A DNA stretch of 28,450 bases, from positions 1-28,450 of the forward strand of contig JBDKUT010000150.1 of NCBI GenBank assembly GCA_039679545.1. The letters run 5' to 3'. This stretch comes from Thermotogota bacterium (GTDB lineage Bacteria; Bipolaricaulota; Bipolaricaulia; UBA7950; UBA9294). The notes beneath the pieces were generated by a model. That model had not been told where the DNA came from, searched no databases, and saw only the letters and a list, made by a program, of their open reading frames with translations. The stretch's first letter is position 1. Every line of letters starts with the position of its first letter. Of this stretch, positions 1 through 9,159 are shown in pieces. The translations under genes and the position numbers were made by a program.

Positions 1-38
1 TCCGTCCTGGAAAGTTCCTCGATCGTGAAGTACGCCAC
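1..38 (-). CDS. 5' end of a CDS truncated by the window edge (MAYFTIEELSRT...), function unknown
   Basis: GTG at 38 with AGGGAGG RBS; frame open to the edge; TTGAAC-N18-TAGAAT promoter-like motif at 94-65. Confidence 0.55.
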   Translation of the reverse strand, partial: MAYFTIEELSRT

Positions 39-103
39 AATGACCTCCCTCGTCCTGACGTCGCATTCTACGGTTGCCCGGTGAGGGGGTTCAACGCGCC
101 CAG

Positions 104-137
104 AAAAGGGCGGTGGGGCCCTCGTAAGGGCCCCACC
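104..137 (-). terminator. Intrinsic terminator-like hairpin
   Basis: Perfect 11-bp stem GGTGGGGCCCT/AGGGCCCCACC (112-122/127-137) with 4-nt loop, followed on the minus strand by GCCCTTTT. Confidence 0.7.
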
Positions 138-281
138 TATCTAGAATGCTTCTTGTCGTCGGAGTTACGTCTTCCCTTCTGCTCTCGTACAACCAGGAGG
201 ATGCCGACGAATTGTGAAGGAACCGTGATCGAACCTTGGACTTCCCGTGTCGCCGGTGATCGCCGAGAAGCAGGCAGGCAT

Positions 282-602
282 CTACGCTTCAATTCGCTCG
301 ATCAGGAATGAGACGGGGCGCATCCCGTCCGAGCGGCAGGCGACGACCTTTCCGTTCTCCTTGAACCACGGAAAGTCGGCGTCGGAGTCAATGACGGCCG
401 CCGTGCATTGGATGTCCGTCCAAGCCCAGTCGCACGGGAAGTCGTCGGGCTTGGTCAGGAAGTCCCGTGCTGTGAACGTTTGGCCCTCCGCAAACAGCGA
501 GCAGAGCCCGAATCCCCTCGGGAAGAGCTCCGCGTGGATGTACCGGGCGGAGAGTTCCTTGTGGAGGATTCGCTTGACGATTGTGCTGCGCCCTGCTGCC
601 AT
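282..602 (-). CDS. TIGR04076-family-like Cys-motif protein (106 aa)
   Basis: CSLFAEGQTF, KPDDFPCDWAW and CRSDGMRPVSFLIERI match the family pattern; GAGGAG RBS before ATG 602 (shorter than the track ORF). Confidence 0.75.
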   Translation of the reverse strand: MAAGRSTIVKRILHKELSARYIHAELFPRGFGLCSLFAEGQTFTARDFLTKPDDFPCDWAWTDIQCTAAVIDSDADFPWFKENGKVVACRSDGMRPVSFLIERIEA

Positions 603-616
603 CGTGCTCCTCGCGA

Positions 617-2623
617 TTAACGGGTTGCCTTGTCTAGATACATGGTTCGGTCCGCTTCCTCGACAACGTTCTCCCAATTCCGCCCTTCGCTCGGATGCCA
701 GTGGGCGACGCCGATGGCAAAGGTGAGGGGCCTCGGCAGAAGAGAGGCTTCTTCGTTCCAGGTGGCGAGAGAGGTCTGCAGCCGGCGGAGGAGGGCTGTG
801 CTCTCCTCGTGGGCCGGCGACTCCGGAACGACGAGAAGGAACTCGTCTCCGCCGTAGCGGATGACGAGGTCGTACGAGCGGACATTGTCGAGCAGGACTC
901 GACCGATCTCTTGCAGCACGCGATCTCCAACCTGGTGCCCAAGGCGGTCGTTGACCTGCTTAAACTCGTCGATGTCGATCATGATGAAGGCGAGCGGGTA
1001 GTTCCGCCGCGTCGCGCGGGCGAGTTCCGCGGAGACGGCCTCGAGGAAGTGGTGTCGGTTGAGGGCCCCAGTCAGGGCGTCCCGCCGCGCCTGCTCGCGC
1101 AACTCCTCTTGCAGGCGGATCCTCCGCACGGCCTCCTCCACGTGCTGGGCGAACAGCTGAACCCAACTCACGTCTGCATCCCGGAACGCACGTTCGCCGA
1201 TTGCCAGGATCGTCAAAACTCCGGCATCACGCATCGGAGCGCAGATTCCCGATCGCCAGGGGAGAGGGACGGTACACCCCGGCGGAGCATCGTCGGGGGA
1301 GTTGAAGCGAAGAGTTGTGCCCGTGACGTACGCTGCGGCGCAGACGTGGGGGCCGGAGAGAGAGATCGAGTCGTGGACGTGGAGGATGCTCGCGGCGGCC
1401 GCTTCAAGTTCGTTCCCCTCTGCTGTGTAGACGACACACGTCGCGGCAGGGAACTCCCTCTCCGCCGTCGTGGTCGCGAACGCGTACACATCGGATTCCC
1501 GTTCCAACCCAGCCAGTCGGAGCGCGTGCTCGTGCAGCCGAACCATCCGTTGCCCGGTCTCGCCAAGCTCCCGCTCGATCTGTTTGCGCTCGCGGACGTC
1601 GAGAAGCGTGACCACGTACCCAATCCTCCGCTTCCGGAAGTCGGAAAGAGGCCAGCCGTGGATTTCCACGTCGACCGGATCTTCGCCGGGGCGAGCCGAC
1701 CCTTCGACGTGGAACGGCGCAACGTTTTCATTCGTGAGTTCCACGGCGTCGCGGAGAGCGGGAAGGACCTCCGTCAACACGCTTCCCACCAGCGTGCGGC
1801 GGTCGGTGCCGAGGAGCCTCTGCGCCGCCGGGTTCGCGTCAAGGACGGCGAGGTCGCGACTGACGAACAGCATTCCCTGGCCGATTTCGTGGATCGCCAG
1901 GTCGCGCGCGACAGGAAGGAGGTCGAACAACCCGGTGCGGCGGAGTCCCCAGACAAGAGCAACGGTCGACACGGAGAACGCGACCGGCGTTAGATCCAAA
2001 AGGGGGATGGGATTGATGCGGGCAATGTACAAGAGGTTGACGATCCACGGCGCGAAGATGGCCACGAGCAACGTGGCGGCCTGTTGCCGGTGCCGTCGGA
2101 GGGTTCTCGGGAATCCCCGTACGAGGACGTACGTCGCGGAAAGAAGGAGCAGGACAACGTAGCCGTAGTAGACCCAGAACCACGGTCCGTACGACTTTGC
2201 GATCGCTACGAACGGCCCGCTCGTGTCCAGTGAAACGCTCGTTTGCATGGCCCCGTGCCACTCGTTGGTCCACAAGAGCACACAGGTCGCGATCGGGATC
2301 ACGGTGAGGGCGAGGAGGCGCTTCGGGGTCAGCCACTTCCCATGGTAACTGTACTGAAGGATGAAGCAGAACCAGGCCAGCGGCGCTGAGGTAATTCCGA
2401 TGTACTCGAGGCCGGCCAGCCACAACTTGGCGCGCAGCCCCGGGGCTCCGATCTCGAGACCGTACCCGAACGTCCACCAGAGCGTCGCCAGCGAGAGAAC
2501 GAGAAGGGCCCAGCCCCCCGGAAGCCGCCTCTTCTGCCATGCAGCCGGTGCGACACCCACGGCAATCCCGACCGAGATGAGGATCAGCGCTACGGCATAC
2601 GGGTTTGGGGCCCACCTGAGCAT
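617..2623 (-). CDS. Diguanylate cyclase: HisKA_7TM membrane sensor + PAS + GAF + GGDEF (668 aa)
   Basis: N-terminal TM helices with LLWTNEWH and YGPWFW motifs; DALTGALNR, MIDIDEFKQVNDRLGHQVGD, RSYD I-site and RYGGDEF; GGAGG RBS before ATG 2623. Confidence 0.9.
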   Translation of the reverse strand: MLRWAPNPYAVALILISVGIAVGVAPAAWQKRRLPGGWALLVLSLATLWWTFGYGLEIGAPGLRAKLWLAGLEYIGITSAPLAWFCFILQYSYHGKWLTPKRLLALTVIPIATCVLLWTNEWHGAMQTSVSLDTSGPFVAIAKSYGPWFWVYYGYVVLLLLSATYVLVRGFPRTLRRHRQQAATLLVAIFAPWIVNLLYIARINPIPLLDLTPVAFSVSTVALVWGLRRTGLFDLLPVARDLAIHEIGQGMLFVSRDLAVLDANPAAQRLLGTDRRTLVGSVLTEVLPALRDAVELTNENVAPFHVEGSARPGEDPVDVEIHGWPLSDFRKRRIGYVVTLLDVRERKQIERELGETGQRMVRLHEHALRLAGLERESDVYAFATTTAEREFPAATCVVYTAEGNELEAAAASILHVHDSISLSGPHVCAAAYVTGTTLRFNSPDDAPPGCTVPLPWRSGICAPMRDAGVLTILAIGERAFRDADVSWVQLFAQHVEEAVRRIRLQEELREQARRDALTGALNRHHFLEAVSAELARATRRNYPLAFIMIDIDEFKQVNDRLGHQVGDRVLQEIGRVLLDNVRSYDLVIRYGGDEFLLVVPESPAHEESTALLRRLQTSLATWNEEASLLPRPLTFAIGVAHWHPSEGRNWENVVEEADRTMYLDKATR

Positions 2624-2756
2624 TGGCTTGTCCTCCGTCACCCACCGACGAGGGGGGTGAGTATAGCGAAGGGGTTTCCCCGCGTACACATCGCACCTTC
2701 TTGCCTTCCAGTCACGTGCGGCTCGTGCTAGGATGGCATGCAGGAGGTGATGAGGA

Positions 2757-3131
2757 GTGAAGGAGTTCTCCTTCTTGGTCGGCAACTGCCCCGGGGCGCT
2801 GGTGGACATCGCGGAGGCGCTCGGCGCCGAACACGTGAACATCGAGGGGATCGCCGGACTCACGGTTCTGGAAGAGGGTGTCGTCGGTCTCATCACCGAC
2901 GATTCGGGGAAGGCGCGTCGAGTTCTGAAAGACAAAGGAGTAGAGTTCGAGGAGAGGGAGGCACTCGTGATCGACCTCCCCAATCACCCCGGAGAGCTGG
3001 CGTCCATTCTCGCTCGGCTCTCCGCTGAGGGAATCAACGTCCTGTCTCTGTATGCGGTGATTGGGAAGCACCAAGCCGTCTTCACCGTCGATCAGCTCGA
3101 CCGGGCGAAGGGGGTCTTCCACTTGGCGTAG
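2757..3131 (+). CDS. Tandem ACT-domain protein (124 aa)
   Basis: Two ACT signatures (NCPGALVDIAEALGAEHVNIEGI; NHPGELASILARLSAEGINV); GGAGGTGA/GAGGA RBS. Confidence 0.85.
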   Translation: MKEFSFLVGNCPGALVDIAEALGAEHVNIEGIAGLTVLEEGVVGLITDDSGKARRVLKDKGVEFEEREALVIDLPNHPGELASILARLSAEGINVLSLYAVIGKHQAVFTVDQLDRAKGVFHLA

Positions 3132-3394
3132 CTCCCCCAGAGGACTCTGCAGCGCTCCGCAGTCGGGACCTTGTGCTTGCGTGGGTCGGCGAAGAACACG
3201 TGGGGGCCACGTTTGGAAAAGACTTCTGCCCTCGATTCCGTATTCCGAGGAGCGCGGCAGCACCTACGCTTTCGTTCTCGCTCACGGCACCCCTCCTTCG
3301 TTGATTCCTTTCAGCGCAAACCGGCTTGGCGCAACCGGCTGCTGTCACCCCCGCTTGCCGCGGCTCGCGGCAGCGAACGCGGGGGCGCAGGTGG

Positions 3395-3453
3395 ATGTAA
3401 AGATTCCTTGACATTCCATCGCGAGTCAGTACGATGTAAACCATTCTTGACAT
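3395..3453 (+). promoter_or_regulatory. Sigma70-type promoter with two palindromic operator boxes
   Basis: TTGACA (3408-3413)-N16-TACGAT (3430-3435); boxes ATGTAAA-N6-TTGACAT at 3395-3414 and 3434-3453. Confidence 0.75.
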
Positions 3454-3465
3454 CAGGAGGGCAGA

Positions 3466-3690
3466 GTGCTCCTGGAAAACAAGTTGCGCACGATGCGCGT
3501 AGATCGCGGCTGGACCCAAGAGGACCTCGCTCGGGCCGTCGGAGTCACGCGACAGACGATCCACGCCATCGAGAAGGGTGGCTACGAGCCCTCGGTCCGG
3601 CTTGCCCTCGAGCTGGCCAGGGCGTTTGGCGCGTCGGTGGATGACGTCTTCTGGCTTGTGAGGGCGAAGGGGGAGAAGAGTTTGACATGA
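3466..3690 (+). CDS. XRE/Cro-like HTH transcriptional regulator (74 aa)
   Basis: WTQEDLARAVGVTRQTIHAIEKGGYEPSVRLA HTH_3 motif; AGGAGG RBS. Confidence 0.92.
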   Translation: MLLENKLRTMRVDRGWTQEDLARAVGVTRQTIHAIEKGGYEPSVRLALELARAFGASVDDVFWLVRAKGEKSLT

Positions 3691-4073
3691 ACGTCCGATA
3701 CGTGGTCTTGCGGGCAGTGCTCGTTGCGGTGCTCGGCGTGGCGCTCTGGGCGGGAGGCCTCCCGTGGTGGGCGGCGACTCTGGCGAGCGTTGTGGCGTTC
3801 TTCTTCTTCGTTGCGGCGCCGTGGTCAGGGAGATATGTGGTCGAGAACGGAGGTGGGGTCGCGCCGCTTCGTCGAGACGAGCGATCTCGAGCGATTCGCG
3901 ACAAGGCGGCCCGGAACGCCTTCATCCTCACCATCCTCGGCGTGGCGGGACTGACGGTCGTCTACGGTCAGGTGCTCGAGGTTCCGGTGCCTGTTGCCGC
4001 GCTCGGTAGCCTTCTTGGATTGGCCACCGTCACGTACATCGCCTCTGAGCTCTGCCTGCGACGTCGGGCCTGA
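3687..4073 (+). CDS. DUF2178-like four-TM membrane protein (128 aa)
   Basis: Hydrophobic helices around DERSRAIRDKAARNAF; ATGA overlap with the XRE gene. Confidence 0.75.
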   Translation: MNVRYVVLRAVLVAVLGVALWAGGLPWWAATLASVVAFFFFVAAPWSGRYVVENGGGVAPLRRDERSRAIRDKAARNAFILTILGVAGLTVVYGQVLEVPVPVAALGSLLGLATVTYIASELCLRRRA

Positions 4074-4098
4074 AAGGCGTCGCAGCAGAGCGTTCGGG

Positions 4099-5553
4099 TT
4101 ACGGCGTGTCGACGCGGACGTACGTATCCGCTCCCGCCACGCAGCGCGAGGCCTTGCCGTCGGCGATGCAGTCGAAGGTCAAGATTTCGAACGCGAAGCT
4201 CGGCGGGTCGGAGCGGGATCGGCCGTCGCCGTCTTCAATGAGCGGCGTCTCGGCGTAGCCGCTCACCCACATCAAGACGAGCTGGCCTTTCCGTTCGATC
4301 ACTCGGAAGGTGCGCATCAGGGGCGCGAACGACCGGTAGTGGCCGGCGTACCGTTGCCAGTCTCGAGACACATCGAACGACGCTGGTCCGGCGTAACGGT
4401 TGCCGCGGAACCAGCTCCCACCATGGAGCGCCTCGGCAACCTTGCTGCCCTGGCGACGGAAGCGGAGGAGGAAGCGGGCGAAGCGCGGGTGGGGAACCTG
4501 GAACGTGTCACCCTCTAGGTGGATTGGTCGGATCTGCTCTCCGTCGTACACGAGGACGAGGGAACCGTCTTCGACGCGACACTTCAGGGTTCCGGATTCC
4601 GAGGCATATGTGCCGGCGTAGCCATCCAGGTCTACCGCTGGCGTCTCCGGCGTGGGTGGGGAGGGAAACTCTCCTCCCTCCGCGAGCGCCTGAAGAATGC
4701 GCAGTGTGAAGTCGGCCTCGGCCTCCGGCACCGCGAAGCGGTTGACGAAGAGAACGGCGCCGACGCTGGCATCCAGGTCGGCGACCATCGTGGCTTCGTA
4801 CCCCAGGTTTTCTCCTCCCATCCACACCGTGGTGTGCCCCGCGTGCTTCTTCAGTCGCCCCGCGAACAGCCCGAACCTCAGATATACTCAGGATCAAATG
4901 GCTCCTGCATCCGATCGCGGCTGATCAGTGCGTCGAAGCTCGTCTCGGACAGGTAGCGGCCGCCGGGCGTGTCGCCGCCGCACACCAGCATGCGTACGAA
5001 GGCCGCGAGGCCTCTCGCAGTGCATGTGAAGCTCGCACAGCCTGCGGTTACCTCGAACCACTCGGCGGACATCCACGGCTCCCTCGGAAAGGGCGGTCGG
5101 CCGTCGGAAAGCCCGTTCTTACGGCGTTCTCCAAGCGTACCCCCACGATGTCCCTACGTTGGAGGAATGGAATCGCTCGCCGGGCGGAAAGAGGGTTCTC
5201 GTGTCGCGGAGCATCCATGCCGTGTACTTCGACGCGGGCACCGAGTCGATGATGCAGATGGGGCCCGATGTGTGTGCGATCGGGTGCCGCACGGTGATCG
5301 GAGCGTAGTTCTTCGACGGCACCTGGAACCAGCCGAGGTACTGCGTGACCGAGGCGTCGAGGTCGAGGAGGCCTTTCTCCACGAGGCGGAGCGCGGTGAC
5401 ACCGAGGATGGCCTTTGTGATCGACCCGATCTGGAACGGTGTGTCGAGACCGGTGCCGGCGTCAGTGACCCCATACGCGAGCTCGCCGAAGCTTCCGTCG
5501 CGATTGGTGAGCGTGACGGATAGCCCGGGACCGAGCGGGTTCGCCTCGTGCAT
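4099..5553 (-). pseudogene. Disrupted serine hydrolase (beta-lactamase/AmpC-like family)
   Basis: FQIGSITK (SxxK), AHTSG and FPPGERFHSSNVG in 5119-5553; a middle piece in 4878-5072; GGENLGY and the C-terminal domain in 4099-4827; pieces separated by frameshifts or stops. Confidence 0.75.
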
Positions 5554-5704
5554 GAGTCGTGAGCGGTAGTAGCAATCGAGGCACGATCTTGCCTCTGCTG
5601 CCCGTGCGTTGCGGCACGGCTCCTTGTTGGGTCTCTAGCTCATGGCTGTTCCGCCTTCGGCAAGTGCGCGGTATGCACGACGCAGGCGGGCTCTGTGCAG
5701 GAGG

Positions 5705-5739
5705 GGCGTCCCCGGCCTATGAGGCCGGCCGGGGACGCC
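5705..5739. terminator. GC-rich hairpin downstream of the 5752-6078 gene
   Basis: 13-bp perfect stem GGCGTCCCCGGCC/GGCCGGGGACGCC with 9-nt loop; no U-tract. Confidence 0.45.
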
Positions 5740-5751
5740 GTGGCGGTGGCG

Positions 5752-6078
5752 TCAGGAGACGCATGCACCGAAATCAGCAAACACAGCTCGCTCGTCGGGT
5801 AGATCGGGGAGCAGGATCGGCCCACCTCGGATGAACTGACGATCCAGGGTGGCGAGGATCGGGAGCCCCGCGGGCTCGTCGAGCGGACCCCCGGTACCGC
5901 GGGCGAGGCATCGGAGAACCTCCTGGTGGATGTCCGGAGCTGCGTGCGCTAGCGCGGCAAGCAGCTCAGGGAACCCGGCCTCTCTGGGCAGGCGGATCGT
6001 CTCCTCCATTCGGGTCGGCACAGACGTTCCTGAGGTGTAGACGACGACCTTCACGTCTTTCCACAGGATCGCGGTCAT
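5752..6078 (-). CDS. Hypothetical protein (108 aa), possibly beta-grasp/MoaD-like
   Basis: AAGGAG RBS; ATGA overlap with the upstream ORF; VKVVVY...EETIRLP...ELLAAL pattern; no C-terminal GG. Confidence 0.6.
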   Translation of the reverse strand: MTAILWKDVKVVVYTSGTSVPTRMEETIRLPREAGFPELLAALAHAAPDIHQEVLRCLARGTGGPLDEPAGLPILATLDRQFIRGGPILLPDLPDERAVFADFGACVS

Positions 6079-6299
6079 GGCGAATCTCCTTTGATTCCTC
6101 TGGAGCGGGAGGCGCGGGCAACCGCGCGCTGGTCGACCCTGACGTAGACCGCGAGGGCAAGGTGCAACAGGATGGAGAGGAGAACGATGCGTTTTGACAT
6201 CTTCGTGACGGCCCTGCCGCGCTGCGTGCCGTGAGCGACAACCTCGATTCCAGCGACCGGGTGTCGTTGTGTCTTCGTCGGTGTTCTCTCTTGTCGCAT
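6075..6299 (-). CDS. Small single-TM hypothetical protein (74 aa, or 41 aa from MSKRIV)
   Basis: GGAGG RBS before ATG 6299; IVLLSILLHLALAVYV helix; stop codon overlaps the next start. Confidence 0.5.
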   Translation of the reverse strand: MRQERTPTKTQRHPVAGIEVVAHGTQRGRAVTKMSKRIVLLSILLHLALAVYVRVDQRAVARASRSRGIKGDSP

Positions 6300-6359
6300 T
6301 CCTGCCTCCTGTCGCCCCGTGGGGCTCTCCGCCCTGCGCGCCGTTATGGCGCGCAGGGC

Positions 6360-6387
6360 AAAAGAAAAACGCAGGTCTTTGCCTGCG
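6360..6387 (-). terminator. Intrinsic terminator
   Basis: CGCAGG-CAAAGA-CCTGCG followed by TTTTTCTTTT on the minus strand. Confidence 0.7.
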
Positions 6388-6559
6388 CTCTCGTCGGGTT
6401 CCTGTGCTCCGGGTCTCTAGCCGCTCACAGACTACCCGACGACATCCATGACGAGACGAAGGAGGGCCTGTCGATGCGTCGTGTGCTTCAAAGTCCCGCC
6501 CTTCGCTCGTCGAATCATGCGGACAGTCTAGGCCTCTGAGGGTGGATCGTCAAGACCTG

Positions 6560-7939
6560 CTACGGCGCCAGGCGCGGAAACGCGGTCTCCGAGCGCCATT
6601 CGACCCTACCGCCGAGGATCGTCAGCAAGACCTGGATGCCGGAGACGTTCTCCGGACTTGCAAGGAGGGGATTGGCGGAGAGGACGACGACATCGGCCAG
6701 CTTCCCCGGCTCGAGTGTTCCCAACTCGCTCTCGCAATGCAGGGCGTACGCCGCCTCGGCCGTCATCATCCGGAGACCCTGCCAGACCGAGACGAGTTGA
6801 GCCGAGGAGAGGGGCTTGCACGGTTCCCACGATGCGTACGCGGGGCTCGCGTTGCTCGGCGAGACAAGGTTCGTGAGCCGGACAAGTGGGCTCAGGAACC
6901 CGGGATCGCACCACGGCCAGTCGCTGTCGGCGACGACATGGGCCCCGCTCGCAAGGAGATCGCCCCACCGGCGCGCGAGAGATCCGCGGTGCGTGGGCAG
7001 AAGGTCGTTGTAGACATCGACAAAGCATGCGTTCGTCGACTCCACCCCGGCGACAACGCCAAGCTGCGCGAACTTCGAAAGAAGGTCATCGCGAAGGAAC
7101 AGGTTGTGGAGCAGCATCGGGCGGAGCGTCCGAGCCTTCTCTCCGGCCAGGTCCAACGCCGCAAGAGCGGTTTCCACCGCTGCGTCACCGATCGCATGGA
7201 TTGCCGTCGGGAACCCTGACTCTGCCGCATCACGCACGATGGCGGCGAGTTCGGGAGCGGTGAACAGCGGCCGGTCCTCCCCGTACCAGAAGGCGCCGGC
7301 GGGCGACAGGAGCGGACGGAGCGCGTCGCTGAAGGAGATCGCCGCTCGCTCGTCGCCACACGAGGACCGTTCGGCAAAGACCTTCACGCCGGCGATTCGC
7401 AGTCGTGGTGCGATCTCGGCAAACGGCTTGTAGTCGATGTACCACGGGCCGAGGACGGTACCGCAGAGGTCGTTGTACGCGAGGTAGAGGCTCGTGCGAA
7501 GGCGTACCTCGCCGTGCTCGGCTGCAGCGACGAACGTCGGCAGCTCGCTCGGGCGGACGAGCATCTCCGCCGCGGAGGTGATTCCGCAAGCCAGGGCTTG
7601 GCTCTGAGCCGCGGCGATGGACAGGCCTTCTTTCGACGCGTCGGCAAGGAAGTGGGTGTGTGGGTCGATGAACCCCGGGAGCGCAATTCCTCCGTCAAGG
7701 TCGATCGCCTCGGTCTTGGGGCCGGCGAAGGCGAGCATCTCCTCGTTCGTTCCGAGGGCGAGGATCCGGTCTCCGGCGATGGCGATGGCCGCGTAGGTGA
7801 CGCCGACGTCGGTCAGGGACATGATGGTGCCTCCGAAGAGAATGAGCGTGGCCGGACCCGAAGCTGTTGCACCCCCTGCGGCGACCAGGACAGCCCCCAG
7901 CATCGCAAGAGCGGCCGCCATCGTCCTGGACTTCACCAT
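6560..7939 (-). CDS. Secreted metal-dependent amidohydrolase (Amidohydro_3/YtcJ-like, 459 aa)
   Basis: PGFIDPHTH, IHAIGDAAV, DSDWP and GTLEPGKLADVVVLS motifs; signal peptide; GGGAGG RBS before ATG 7939. Confidence 0.88.
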   Translation of the reverse strand: MVKSRTMAAALAMLGAVLVAAGGATASGPATLILFGGTIMSLTDVGVTYAAIAIAGDRILALGTNEEMLAFAGPKTEAIDLDGGIALPGFIDPHTHFLADASKEGLSIAAAQSQALACGITSAAEMLVRPSELPTFVAAAEHGEVRLRTSLYLAYNDLCGTVLGPWYIDYKPFAEIAPRLRIAGVKVFAERSSCGDERAAISFSDALRPLLSPAGAFWYGEDRPLFTAPELAAIVRDAAESGFPTAIHAIGDAAVETALAALDLAGEKARTLRPMLLHNLFLRDDLLSKFAQLGVVAGVESTNACFVDVYNDLLPTHRGSLARRWGDLLASGAHVVADSDWPWCDPGFLSPLVRLTNLVSPSNASPAYASWEPCKPLSSAQLVSVWQGLRMMTAEAAYALHCESELGTLEPGKLADVVVLSANPLLASPENVSGIQVLLTILGGRVEWRSETAFPRLAP

Positions 7940-8110
7940 GTTGCCTCCCAACGAAGAGAATATCCGAGCCGCAGGACCCCGATGCGCCCATGTCATCCAC
8001 GGGCGATGTAGCGGGTGTCCTCGCCTTGTCCACCCGATTCCCTGGCCGGGGTCTCCCGCCTAGAATCCTCGCGTCGGCTCGTCTGTCGTGAGCGAAGGAG
8101 GCTGGCCGGG

Positions 8111-9052
8111 GTGCGCGCTCTGCACAGCGTTGCGGCGGAGCTTCGCGAGGCGTTCGGCGACGGCGGGATCGAGCCCCTCTACCGGGCGCATCTCGCCGCG
8201 CTCAAGACGAGCGTCTCCTACGGCTTCTTCTATCGCCTGGCCAACCTCTTCCTTCCGATCTCGCCTCTGCTTGCGATCGCCCAAGACGCCGACGAGTTGG
8301 TGGGTCGGCTTGGAACCTGCGATGCATGCAAGGTGCTGCTTGCGCGCCCGCCGATCCCGTGGCATTCCGTCTGGTCGAAGAAGGAGGCGCGTGATTTGAT
8401 CCGAACGTCGCCGATCCTTGCCTACGGGCGCCACGGGTCACTCTTGACACCACCGCTCCTCGCGGCGGCCATCGATCGGCCCGACGTGAAGATGGTGACG
8501 GCAAGCTACATCGCGAAGCTCGGGCCGCATATCTCGCGAACCATGTTTCCTGTCTATGTTACGACACCGCTCACCGCGAGGACGTCGGGGCGGAAGGGGC
8601 TTCTCCCGCGCGCCATCGGGTGGTTGGCCTACAAGCTCGACCCGCCGCCGCCTCGGGACGTCGCGCGTACGGCGAATCAGGCCACGTTGCTTCGAGCCGC
8701 CGACCACGTGCGCGGCGGAGGTCTGCTCGCCATCGCTCCAGATTCCAGAGATCCTCGGCAACCTTGGCGTCCAGGAGTAGGAACGCTTGTGGCGATGCTT
8801 GCCCAAGAGCCCGGTGCGGGGCCGTGCTACCTCGTCCCGTGGCGGATCTGGGGAGCCTCGGTCACCGGGATCTTCCACCTTCTGTCGCGAAATCCCTTCT
8901 TGCGAGCCCTGGGTCGATTCCGGTTTCGGCATCCGGTGCGGGTCGAGTTCGGCGAGCCGATGGCGCTTCAAGCGGTCGTCGCGGAAGTCGGGCTCGATCC
9001 GGCGAAGATCACCGCGTATCTTGAGGCCCACTACAAGGGACTCGGATACTGA
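8111..9052 (+). CDS. Putative glycerolipid acyltransferase-like protein (313 aa)
   Basis: AAGGAGG RBS before GTG 8111; GRHGSLL, GGLLAIAPD, WRPGVG, LVPWRIWG and VRVEFGEP resemble PlsC blocks. Confidence 0.6.
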   Translation: MRALHSVAAELREAFGDGGIEPLYRAHLAALKTSVSYGFFYRLANLFLPISPLLAIAQDADELVGRLGTCDACKVLLARPPIPWHSVWSKKEARDLIRTSPILAYGRHGSLLTPPLLAAAIDRPDVKMVTASYIAKLGPHISRTMFPVYVTTPLTARTSGRKGLLPRAIGWLAYKLDPPPPRDVARTANQATLLRAADHVRGGGLLAIAPDSRDPRQPWRPGVGTLVAMLAQEPGAGPCYLVPWRIWGASVTGIFHLLSRNPFLRALGRFRFRHPVRVEFGEPMALQAVVAEVGLDPAKITAYLEAHYKGLGY

Positions 9053-9159
9053 GTCGGACGTGTTCACCCGAGGACGCGGGCGTTTCATCTTTGGCGCGTG
9101 GACGTCTCCCCGCGGACCCCGTACCCTGTCCCGCTTGCAGAGGAGGATCTACCTAGATC

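Noticed and set aside
695..1993. 432-aa plus-strand ORF and similar long shadow ORFs (13530-14558, 16322-17293, 11348-12187)
   Set aside because: Antisense shadows of well-supported genes, expected in GC-rich DNA
2624..2983. N-terminal extension of the 788-aa track ORF
   Set aside because: Antisense to the ACT gene, low complexity; the RBS supports ATG 2623
3243..3262. TTCCGAGGAGCGCGGCAGC resembling the 5' end of an SAH riboswitch
   Set aside because: The downstream CAGGCTCGG pairing element is missing and no SAH-related gene follows
3082..3300. Minus-strand AAGGAGGGG plus GTG (VSENESV...) ORF
   Set aside because: Strong RBS, but the product is not protein-like and overlaps the ACT gene end; at most a gene remnant
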